The notes under the pieces are model-generated. The model searched no databases. It had not been told where the DNA came from and worked only from the letters and a program-made list of their open reading frames with translations. A DNA stretch of 64,000 bases from Camelus dromedarius (Eukaryota), in assembly GCF_036321535.1 (NCBI RefSeq), contig NC_087445.1, positions 18,910,001 to 18,974,000 of the forward strand, written 5' to 3'. Below, one piece after another: positions 49,791 to 61,646 of the stretch. Each line of letters opens with the position of its first letter. Positions within the stretch are counted from its first letter, which is position 1. Position numbers and translations under genes: made by a program.

Positions 49791-51549
49791 TTACCCTCCT
49801 TATTAAATTTCAATCCACATTTTATCTAGAAGTGAATTACCCCTCATAATAGAATTTTCTTATACAAATTCCCTAAAAGTAAATGATAAGCAGTATCTAT
49901 TTCAAAAAAAAAAAAAAAACTGCAGAAGCTGACCAATTGAGGATTCATAATATTTGAACCATGGAAAAACCAGGGAAACCCAAGAATGGTCATGTCTATC
50001 CCAGGACAGTCAACTAATTCGTTCAGGAGCACTGAAAGAGGAGATGAAGAGACAAGAAATACTTTAAAATAATATGGAAACCCTGCCAAACTAAAATTGG
50101 GAAGGAAAGAAGGAAAGGAAAGAACTTAGGAGGTACAAAGGGAAGAGATTTCCCCCATGTCGAAGACTCTCTTCCTTACATTACCTCCGAAATTCACACA
50201 CAGGTCTTTTTTAACTACCTCAATTACATTACCATGTAGGTTGTGGTAATATCTCTCAAAATCAACCAACTATTGAGATCTTCAAATGAATGAACTCTAA
50301 CATCCTTTCATATACGCCTGAGCTTTCTTTCCCACCACTACAGAGGTGCAGGGATGCAAAGATCATTACTCACAGGAGCAAAGACAGCTAACTGTACTAT
50401 TCATTTATTCATCATCGACTAAATGTCAAGCAATGAGCTCTGATATGAGAAACAGATTTGTGAAAGCATGGGAACTTACTACTAGCAGAGACATTTAATG
50501 CTCTTCAACCCTGGGATGGATTTCTAATTACTGCTGCATTCTCTCCCTCCTCCCCCAGACTGACGGCTGTCACAAAGTCTCTTTACTGGAGATGAATCAG
50601 GAGGCTCTGGCCTGGACAGCCCGCTGCAGGTAGGATCAAAATTTCACCCTTTCTCTCGCCACGTAGCTATCGACTGGCCAGAGAGGCCATGGCCTTCCTG
50701 TAGCTGAACATTCATCCTCTCTGTAATAGGAAAAACACTAAGTACTAGAGTTGATTCTTGCCAGTGAATGACTTATTCTTAGCTCTGGAGGAAATCCTTA
50801 AGAAGAGACAGGTACTCTCCTGTGTCAGAAGCCTGTGTACCAGATTTAGTTCCGCCCCTGTCATATGAGGACTGCTGGGGGCTCCCTTCCCGGGGACTGG
50901 GTGATCAGGTCCCACAGTGAACTGGACCCTGCTTTCTGCCCGCCTTTAGCTCTAGCTACTGTGACATCGTCAGCACAATGAGCTTCCCTCATGTTCCAAA
51001 AGCATTCCATTACAGAAAAAAGAGGGAGTCATTTTATAGAAATCTTTGTAAAATCTCAATCCGACTTTTGCTTCCCACTTGTAGATTTACAGCCAGAAAG
51101 TGAAAGAGAATAGGCAGTCAAGGTGAAGGGGTGAATGAGGGCACCAGTTTGAATGTTGACAGTTACTACTTAAGGTCTTGTACAAAGGCTACATGAACTT
51201 AGATTCACAACATATACGTATCTTTCCACAATAGTATACCAACCCTTCTGTAGGGATGTCTATATTGGAATACAAGAAAACTATATGGTATGGGAAGGAA
51301 TGGATGGATCAAGGAAAGCGGGGAGGGAAAGAGGAAATACGGTCTTCCTGGAGACGCTAGCTGGTACTCTGCTTTTTAGGCTGCCCACTTTTGACAGTCA
51401 GTCAGATACTGAGAAGGAGGTGGGCCATTTTCAAAGCATTTTGGAGAAGGAAATAAATAATACCCCAATATGGATTGAAGTGGAGAAAGAAAAAATAGCT
51501 ATCATTTAGTCAGTCCTTACTGTGTAGAAAGCACTATGCTAAGTGCTTT

Positions 51550-51903
51550 AAAATGAATAATTTTTTTTACATGTTAACACAGTTTTACTTTTCATAAAAA
51601 AGGCCTTATTTTCCAAAGCAAAAAAGGGGGGGGGTCGTGAATAGAGCGATATTGTTTTTGCATTTTTGCAATTCTCTTTAATGTTTGGGTTAATAGAATA
51701 CACCTGGATTCTCATGTCTGCCTCTGCATTCAATCTGTGCTGCGATGACACTTCATGCACCTGCTGGAAAATTCCACTGCACCCTTGTGAGAGGATGAAA
51801 GTGAACGAAACAAATGACATCTTCAATTATTAGGAGGACAGTTTTCCCAAGACCCGCAGAAAGCTCTTCTGTAGTCCTGGGACCACACTTTGTGAACCAC
51901 TGC
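51550..51903. mobile_element. hAT-Charlie non-autonomous element (MER33-like)
   Basis: The terminus ggaccacactttgtgaaccactg and internal text resemble this family. Assigned from memory. Confidence 0.5.
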
Positions 51904-54799
51904 TTCATAGAGATTATTTGATTATTTATCACTTCCCTCTGACTGTGAGCTGTGAGCGTAGGGTCGAGGTAATGAATGTGTTTACTATAAGAGCTCCATG
52001 ACTATTTCTAACACATTTCATCTTTGAGCATATCAAAGCTCAAGGAGGTTGAGTTCCCAAGACCACTCACATGTCCTGGTACACACAAAGCTCAATGCAA
52101 AAAACTATATTTTGAATTAAAAGAGGTTTTTAAAATTTCATATTTTGGAGACATATCTCTCTATATATAATTAACTATATCTACATCTCTATATATAATT
52201 TTTTAACCACTTTCTACCTGCCCCCCGTCACTCTTTTTCTTGCTTGCTGCCCTTCTTTATTTGGAAGCTACTGTTGCATTTTTTGCTGGTTTTAACCTAA
52301 ATGATGAAAGAGTATTTGTTTGTTTTTATAATTATACAAGAACTACATAAAAATAGAACTTCATAAAAATATTTACTTTGATATGTGTGTGTGTTGAAAA
52401 TTTTTTCAATCAATTCCAATAAATAAAAGCATTTGACCACTATGGGGTCACTTCCCAAGTCCAGCCACCTTCCAAGAGGTAACCACTGTTAAGTGTTTGA
52501 TGGGTATTCTTTCACAATTTATGTGTATGTGTGTGATTGTGTGTATGTTTATATACATGGCATTATGCCGGAAGTATTATTCAATATTTTTTTTAACCTA
52601 ATATTCGTTCAGAAAATATTTCCATCTCATTACATATGGCCTGACCTATTTTCATATAACCAGTGGGTGTAGCAGAGTTTAATTACTATTTGATAGTTAT
52701 ACTGTTATGGATATTTAAGTACAAACAATACTGCAATAAATATGCAAGTGTGCCTTTATCCTCATGAGAGAACATAGCCCTAAATTAGGCACCTAGAAGG
52801 AAAACAGCTTGGTCAAATTTAGTAGAATGGCTTGGTCTACTTTCATGTGCATTTTGAATACTAATAGTTACTGCCTAACGTCGTATACAAAGGCTACGCT
52901 AATTTATATTCAACACATTAGATATGGATCTTCCCACAATATTATGCCAACTCTGTATATAAGTGATCTTTTACATCTTTAATTTGTCTTTTTCTAATCG
53001 GTTATTGTATTACTCAAGAAAATAAAAACTATACCACTTCTTTTAACAGAGAGAAATGAATATAAAGGAAATAGACCAGGAAAGTTATTGGAGACCTTGG
53101 GGAGCCGAGGGAAGTATTGGAGGTTCTCAGAATCTGTAAGTTTGGAGAAGGGGACACCCGGAGTTGGTGTTAGAATTCTGAGGGGAAATGGCCGCCCTGC
53201 TGATGCTGGTATCGTGGGGATTTGAAGGAGGGTTCTATTCTCACAAGTAGGAGTTGGCTATGGTACCTTGAGAACTGAAATGAGAGGAATCAGAACAGAG
53301 CACCGTGGAAACATGCTGGAAATGGCAGCTGACGGTTGTTGCTGGAGTTATGTTGACACAATACAACAAAGTAAGGAAAGAGGAAGGCCCATCGCCTTCT
53401 TCCAGACTTCCCATCTCTCCTTAGACTCCCTACTACAAGCAGAACCTAACAGGAAACAAGCTGGGAAGGGTGAAAAATGATTCACAGAATCCGAGCACCA
53501 TCAGTACAAAGCAGGATAGAAAAGAGCACGTTTGCAGCTGAGACACAATAGTGAAGCCAGCACAGCAGTGAAGTTGACAATCGTTCCCTGTATGATGCTG
53601 GGATCTGTAGTAGGAAATACAGATTTGTTTCTCATCCCTGTTTCTTAGGAGCACAGAGCTCCTAAGGAGAGCAACAAAGGTGTCTTTTGTTATGTTAGTG
53701 ACATGACTCTGGGACTTGAACTAAGTAAGGGTGGGGGCTGCTTACTAGAAGAACCAATCACGTGATTAGAAGGTTGGCACTTTCAGTCTCAAGGTCTCCA
53801 ATACCCACTGCTCCAACCTCCCAAGAGGGGCTGACACATAGTAACTGACTATACTTCAATTAAAAATAAATTAATAAATAAAATTAAAAATTAAAAAAAA
53901 GAACATTCTAATGGAGAATGCATTTGTTGAAGTTGGCATATTTATTCCAAAGAATCCTTGACTTTGTTTTTCATGCATACAAGTTAAACAATATCAACGA
54001 TGAATGAAATATTCTAAATGCAAAAAAAGTTTCAAAGATTAGAAGAATTTAAACACAATTTGTTGTGTAGTCATGGACTACAAAAATGCCATGTTTCATC
54101 CTGATGCTTTTCTAAGCAACTAAACTATATTTGAATTTACAATTTCATAGATAAGGCTATGCAGAAAGTGATAAAACCAGAGAAACAAAAATGGAAATCT
54201 TGTGTGTGATTTTATATGTTGTTACACTTCATGTAAAAAAAACTTTTACCTCTTGGAGGATCACAAAAACATTACTGGAAGTCCAAATGCTGTATGTTTC
54301 TAAATTTAGTTAAAACATAATAATAAAAAGGAATTTGTATCTTATTTGTGTAATAAAATTCAAGAGAAATTTATAATGCTACCAGGAAACCATGTTAGAT
54401 CTGGACAAATATCAAGAATGTAAGAAAAATACCTTATTTTTTTATTATATACCATTTGTAGCCCAATCATGAACAAATGTAGTGGATTCAGGTATGTTTT
54501 CATATAGAATAATAACAAAACAATCAAATAGAAGAATGATCTATTGACCGCACTGAAATAAAAAAAAAAACTGAGTATGGTCAACTTAGGAAATCAATCC
54601 ATTGGAATACTACGACAGCGAAACAAAAATGCTCTGGGTCGAGGATATGAAAATACAGAAAAGTGCATGCAATCATGAACGATCCATTATTTGCCTTAAA
54701 AATGATTATGCTAAATTTGTGTCTTATTCAACTCATAATGTTGCTTTTGTGACTTGAAATACAATAAGCATTTTTAGTGTTGTATAAAGGATACATGCA

Positions 54800-55580
54800 T
54801 TTTCTTTAGTTTTGCCTGTCCTAAAAACTACATCAAAAACACACAGACACTCGATGGGTATCCGGTCAAACGCAATCATGACACTTCACACACAACCTAA
54901 AGATGTTTACCAAATATTAAAAGATATAATATCAAGTGACAATATACATTATGCTGAAATCTAAAGCATCTTGGCACAAATAGGTTATTTTATGCAATTT
55001 AATTTGGTGAGATGACATTTTGAACCAAGTGGGAAAATTTAATAAAGCTCTACCAAGACCCCCAGAAACCCATCCACATATAAAGCAGCTGGCTTCACAG
55101 AGGCCGATCCGTTGCTTACAACAAATGAGGGAAAGTAACTTTGAAAGTATGCTGATAAATGGAAAATGCTAGGAATAGATATGAATGCACTTTCCAAATT
55201 TGAAAATAAATGGGAAAAAAAGTTAAGAAATTGGAAATGTCGGAATCACTGGATGAAAGTATCCATTATTATGGGCTATAAGCATATAAGCCATTAACTT
55301 GGCTCTTAAATATTATGATGATTTAAGTTCTGTACAAATTAATTTTCAGTGGTTTTAAGCAAGATTCAACATCAGTAATTTGTAATATAAAACTGATTTC
55401 ATGTTTGGATCTTCTGAAATGATTCATGAATGTGGTTTAATGCAATCTTACCAAAATTTGGAAGTGGTCTTGTAAATTTTATAGAAAATACTAGTCACAG
55501 TGGGATGCTGCCAAACAATTCTCAGTGAACTGAAGTTAATTAAAAATTATTTAAGACCACAAAATATGTCAAAAACAGCA
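54800..55580 (+). mobile_element. Fossil hAT (Tip100/Zaphod-like) transposase C-terminus
   Basis: 55491-55570 translates to LVTVGCCQTILSELKLIKNYLRP, matching the hAT dimerisation motif PVTVASAERSFSKLKLIKNYLRS. The 5' extent is uncertain. Confidence 0.6.
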
Positions 55581-55599
55581 ATCTTTTTTTCTTGCAGAT

Positions 55600-56037
55600 T
55601 AAAAAAGTTGAAGTATAGTTGATTTACAGAGTTTCAGGTGTACAGCAAAGTAATTCTTATACATAGATATGTACATACATCCTTTTTAATATTCTTTTCC
55701 ATTACAGGTTCTTACAACATACCGAAATAGTTCCCTGTGCTATACAGTAGTTCTTTGTTGATCTACTTTATATATACTAGTGTGTATCTGTTAATCCCAA
55801 ATTCCTAATTTATCCCTCCCCTCACTTCCCCTTTGGTAACGGTAAGTTTGTCATCTATCTCTGTGAGTCTCTTTCTGTTTTTTAAATAAATTCAGTGGTA
55901 TCATTTTTTAAGATTCCACATAAAAGTAATATATGATATTTGTCTTTATCTGACTTACTTCACTTAGTATGATAATCTCTAGGTTCATCTATGTTGCTGC
56001 AAATGGCATTTTTTTCTTTTTTTGAGGCTAATATTAC

Positions 56038-56080
<43 letters not shown>

Positions 56081-56290
56081 ACAACCTTTAATGAAAAAGA
56101 ATAGGAACACGAATGTAGACACATATATATGCATGACTGGGACATTGTGCTGCACACCACACAAAGAAGGATAGATATACCACTTCTTTATCCAGTCAGC
56201 TGTGGATGGACATTTAGGTTACTTCCATGTCTTGGCTATTGTAAATACTGCTGCTATGAACATTGGGATGCGTGTATCTTTTTGAATAAA
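55600..56290 (-). mobile_element. L1 3' end with an internal (AT)n tract at ~56038-56077
   Basis: Antisense L1 tail (gaagtatagttgatttaca.., aggttcatctatgttgctgcaaatggc.., cttggctattgtaaatactgctgc..). Confidence 0.75.
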
Positions 56291-56659
56291 AACAGCAATT
56301 CTTCACAATGAAAAGAAGATAATCAAAGAAGTATAGTTTGAAAATGGATTAGTTTCCTTTTATTAGCATGAAGAAAGTAAAATTATAATGACTTCTGCTT
56401 TGGGTATAGGTAAAACATTTAAATTTAAAATGTTAATTTTAATTTATTTACTTTTAATTTTTCCATTTTTTTCAACTAGTTTAGCGCGGTAAGGAAACTT
56501 AACCATTTTCAAAATTCATAAAAGCAAGCGCATAGGGGAACAGTTTATCTTTTGCCTCCAGCCAGCCTCAGCTGGGCACTGATCGAGTCCCTGTCATTCC
56601 ACCTGGAGGACTGGAGGATCCCATTACTTCGTACATTCATGTCCAGACTGTAGCTGCCT

Positions 56660-57175
56660 TTCCCCTTTCCCTGAATTCGACTTTCTCCTCAGAAACATTC
56701 CTCAGTCTGAGAACACAGCACAACACGCCCTGCTACCGAGCCGTCAAGCCCCGAAGAAACCCACGCGGGTGTGAACCGCTCGGGCCAAAGCCTCCTGCCA
56801 GGAAGGGAAGGACGGGCGCGGGCAGGTGCGGAAAACGAAGGGCTCTGGGCGAAGCCGCGGCCGGCGGGGACCGGGAGGCCCGAGAAGGAAGCCGACTCAC
56901 CGCTCTCGCCGCCCCCACGCGCTCGCGGGGCCCCGGCGGCGCCTCTCCCGGGCCGGGGCTCCTGCCCGCGGCGAACCCCACGTCCTCCCCGTGGCCGCAG
57001 CGCCCGAGTCCGTGGGGGCGGGACGCCCAGGCGGGTCCCGCGGGGTGGGCGGTGCCTGTCGGGCCGGCACGGCGAGCTCGCGCGCCCCCTCCCGGCCGGC
57101 GGGGCGCGGTGGAGACAGCTTTGCGCGCACTCAATGAGCGGCGGTTTGGGGCGCAGTTTCACTGTGGTCCACTAC
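56660..57175. repeat. GC/CpG-rich triplicated element, copy C
   Basis: See copies A and B. The offset from B is a constant 27267. Confidence 0.95.
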
Positions 57176-57680
57176 ATCTATTCGCTGATGGCGCTGGTGA
57201 TGCTTTTGTTCCAGCCCCTCCTGCTCTCCCGGCGGTGAAAAGCAGGAAACCCTCATGCTTTTGAGATATCTGAAAAGGATCGCTTCTCAGTCACACCAGA
57301 ATGACAAGAACCACTTTAATTTTTTTCGCTACAAAATAGGAGATATCAACACCCAGAAGACGCAAGCCACCAGTTTCTGTCATCAGATTCTCAATCTGTT
57401 CCACATAAACTGCAGTACAGACCTTCAATCTGTTCCACACTGAAGACTGCAGTCAGTTTGGAGAAAGAGCTGCTGGTTAAGTTACTCTCTAACCAAACTG
57501 GAACTGGAGCAGAAGATGAAAGTAGACAATCTTCTGGCTTGTCCTTACTTGGGAATGTTGTCCAAAAGTACTTCTAAGAAATCAGCAGTTATCTAAAGGA
57601 GAAGTAATACAGCTGCCTTGCCTTGGAGGTTGAGTGAAGTGCGCTTTTCCCCATTTAGTAAATTCTAAAGAAAAATCGGG
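57164..57680 (+). pseudogene. IFN-delta-like pseudogene directly abutting GC element copy C
   Basis: YIYSLMALVMLL, KQETLMLLRYLKRI, QATSFCHQILNLF, LLVKLLS and VVQKYF*EISSYLKEK*YSC, with stops and frameshifts. Confidence 0.75.
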
Positions 57681-59519
57681 AAATGAGAAAATTATTCTCA
57701 TGACCCTCTAATCTGTATATTATTGCCTTGCCTAATGAACATATTTTTCTAAAAAATAAAGAAGAGCAGGCATGTTACCATTTATTCTCTGTGCAGTTAC
57801 TCTAAAGTTCTGAGTGTGACCATCCGTGTTCACAGTCCAGCTTTTCCCAGAACATTGCTAAGTGTGCACTCGGATTTCTGGGGATACGATGACCTCTGCA
57901 GTATGTGCTTCTGTAGCTGCCTAAAGGGGACATTTTCAAGTTGAAGAACTGTATGTAGTGGGAGGGGCTAGTACATCATGCTCTGGTTTTCCAAAGGATG
58001 GGGGCTTTAGGAAGAGGGACAAGGTTGTTGGTGACTGTTATTGGTATCTTACCCATAGGGCTGTGAGTGTGTTCTTTAGTTTCAAAAATTCATCAGTCTG
58101 TCCTTGATCCCATAAAACAGGACCAACAGAATCTGAGAGATGATCAAGCATATAGAAACTCTCACTACAATCCTGGCTAGGAAATTGTTACTGATGAGAA
58201 AATACAGACTTGGGTTAAATAATTTTCCTTATAGCTCAAATGGTTCAAAACAGTACCTGGAATTGAATCCAGGTCTTTCTGACTTCAAAGCCAGCACAGT
58301 CTTGCCCCTTGATCTGCTGCCTTTCCACAGTGGAAAACACTAATACAGGAAATTCTCCTGTACTGTAGATGATATGGACAATGGCTTTCAACACAGGCAC
58401 CCTGTTCAACGTGAGCTGCGGCCTTGGGTTGTGACAGTGACTGATTTGAAGTTTAGAACTACTGAATATCCTTGACGTGGGGGTTATTGTGCCTGATTCT
58501 TCCAGCTGAAAGCAATCATGAATGTGACTCAGGTGTGACAAAACGAAAGCCCAATCCTGTTTTTCCCCTTGATGTCACTAAGTTGGTCAAAGGCATCGTC
58601 ATCCCACAATCTTCCAAGCTAGAGTTATCACTGCCATCTCGCTCAGCAAGATGTTGCCTCTTAGGCAACAAGTCATCACATCCCATCCAAAACAGAAGTC
58701 TGATAAAATCCTGAAACGACTCAACTTTTGTTGGGAGAACCGTGGGAGAAAGAGCAGATTGCTCATTCATCCTACTCCCCTCATATCAGACTCAGAGATA
58801 CAAGTTCTACAAAGGGAGGGGAACTCAGCCTAGGCTAGACAGAGATGGCCATCTCAGTAAGGGCTGTGTGGCACTCTGACCGTGTTAGGATCATTTGGGG
58901 GGAGTATATTCAGCTGCCAACATATAGTGTCAGCAAAACACTACATTGTGACTTGCTCAGCCCAGTGGATTCCCATGTCTAGGACCTAATCATAAAACTC
59001 AGTTGTCCTTGGACAGCATTTTGCAAAGTTTTCTTTTATCCAGAATCTCATTGGAGATGTTATGAAGAGTGATTTTCAGATCAGAGATGGGAAGTGACTT
59101 CCATCTAGGCTGTGGTGGGATTCAGAGATAGGACTCACAGCCCATTCTGAATGTATAACTAGCGCTCTTTTGGACATGTTGAACCTATCCACGTTTTACC
59201 TTGTCACCAGTCATGCAAGATTGAGAAAGATTCTCAACACTAGTAAGGTGTGCTGATGGAGACTCTTATTTCCAGCAGCACTGAGTGAATGGTATGCTTC
59301 CTTCCCCCTCAGGTGGCTGTGGCTGACAGGATAACTCAGATGCCCACAAGTCACCCTCCTGGAGCCCCGAATTCAGAAAGCCTATGCCCTGCTCACCCTG
59401 AACCTCACTCCTCCCCCCACTTCTCCTCTCATCCTCCTATGGCATCCATCTACACCAGAAGCAAATCTTCTGTCACCAGCATAAGTGTATTCAAGACCCC
59501 GAGGATTCTTCCCTTCACC

Positions 59520-59900
59520 TAGTTTTATTGAGATATCGTTGACGAATAATATTGTTTTAGTTTAAAGTGTACAGCATAATGATTTGATATATGTATATAT
59601 TGTGAAATAATCACGATAAGTTTAGTTAACATCTGTCACCTCACATAGTTAACAATTATTTTTCTTGTGATGAGAACTTTTAAGATCTTCTCTCTTAGCA
59701 ACTTTCAATACAGTATTGAAATACAGTATTTATACAATACAGTATTGTTGATTACCGTCATCAAGCTGCACATTACATCCCCAGAACTTATTTATCTCGT
59801 AACAGGAAGTTTGTACCATTTGACCGTCTTCACCCATTTTGCCCACCGCCAACCCCCACCTCTGACAACTACCCATCTGTCGCCCGCTTTCATGCTCTTC
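59520..59900 (-). mobile_element. L1 3' end fragment
   Basis: Antisense L1 tail (ttttattgagatat.., gagaacttttaagatct..ctctcttagcaactttcaa..). Confidence 0.7.
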
Positions 59901-60599
59901 ATGTATATTTATTCATTTAATACAATAATCCTATGAAAAATACTATTACTGTCCCCTATGTTAAAGGTGAGGAGTGTAGTATTTATGTTATTTGCAAATT
60001 TTTCACTACTGGTAAATAGAGCTGGGATCAAACCCTGGCTCCAGAGACACATTCCTTAACCACTAAACAACTATCATGGCACGCTAGATCACTAGTCCAA
60101 AATAGTACAACTAGATGTGTTGAAGAATAACCACTAGCCTGCACACAGCACTTTGTATATGGTTTCACAACTACTCTTTCCATTTGTATTCCCTCCCGTG
60201 CAGCTGCAACACTATGGGGTGGTGTGAGGTTCTGAGATGGGAAGGCTCTTGTTCATGAGCCACAGCTGGTAGGGAGCACAGTTAGACTTGATCTCAGGAC
60301 AGATTAGGGTCTCGATTATTATCGATTTCACAGAAGGCAGTAGTAGAGACCAAGAAGGGTAAAGTGAGCAATAGTCCTCTAATTCCAGAGAACCCAGCAC
60401 ATGTTTGGTGCTAAGGTTGTAAGAAGTTCTAGAAGTACCTTGTCTGTGGACTGAATGTTTAGATGCAACATGGCCCCTCAGAACCTGTGGGTAGGGGGTC
60501 TTCAAGAAGGACAAATACTGTATGATCTTACTTATATGTGAAATCTAAATCACTGTAACACTGCTAAAAGTAACTATTCACAGCCAGTTTTGAAATTTC

Positions 60600-60870
60600 C
60601 CTTCCAGGAAATTCCCTTCTAAATAGCTTTTGACCCAAATACACCTCCAGCTGTTCCAGCTACTGATGATGATATCCAATGTGGAATTTCTACAAAAAGT
60701 TCTCATCCCAAACATCCTGGCCCTTTGTACTGAAGATGCTGCAGAGACATCTCAGGAAAGACAGGAGAGTGTGGGCTTCCTGGAGCTGGCTAGCATCCTC
60801 CAGCATCTTAGGGGTCAGTCCCATCTGTCCTCCAAAAATAACAGACAGGAACACTCAACTTTGGTAGAGA
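60600..60870 (-). pseudogene. Internal fragment of a type I IFN pseudogene
   Basis: Minus-strand LEDRWD, KMLEDASQLQEAH, IFSTKG, VWDENFL*KFHIGYHHQ*LEQLEVYLGQ. Confidence 0.7.
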
Positions 60871-61084
60871 AACACAAATACGTCCCCGTTGTCCACATGG
60901 TGAGGGATACATTTTTGTTGTCACAAATGTCTGTTTAACTATCCCTTGGTTGATCTTACCAGAGTCAAATTTTCCTTTCAGGGGAGCTGAAGACCAGGCT
61001 CAGTCCAAATTTCTCTGAGGTCATTTCCCTATCTGGAACCTCCATGGGAAAGGTCCGGAAGAAATATGTCTTAGGTAGACAGTG

Positions 61085-61646
61085 GGTACCCTCTGTTACT
61101 ATTTGCTCTTCCGCTCCCCTGAAAAGGAAAATTTAACTTTGATAAGATCAACCAGCAAATAGCTAAAGTGACAGAAAAACAAAATGTTGCTCACCATCTG
61201 GTTCTGCAAGAATGAAGTCACTGCCATCACTGACCTTTAACACACCCTGAAAGGAGTTCAGAGGGGAGATTAGGAATGAGTCACCCTGTGCTCTGGGAAA
61301 ACTGGCAGAACACGCTTTCAGATAGATATTTTCAGGAGAAAATTTTATGAACCGAATTTCTTGCACCTTCTCATACTCAGAAAAGCACTAAAATCATTAA
61401 TGGAGACATCTGCTCCTCACGAGTAGCGGCAAACTTCTACCAAGATGTGTGCTTGATTACTCATACCCCCTTTACCAACATCACATATATACTGACCTCC
61501 CCTCTTGCCTCTTCAGAGCAGTCCCTCAAAGCTATCTGAGAGGCTGTCTTTCGGGCTATAGTCCTCCATCAGTCCTCAGATAAAACTGGACTCACAGCTC
61601 TTGTGTTGTGTGTGTGTGTGTTTTGTTTTTTTTTTTTCAGTTGACA
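61085..61646 (+). mobile_element. LTR of the same family as 34.0 and 40.7 kb
   Basis: Shared internal motifs and the terminus cagttgaca. The 5' boundary is approximate. Confidence 0.65.
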
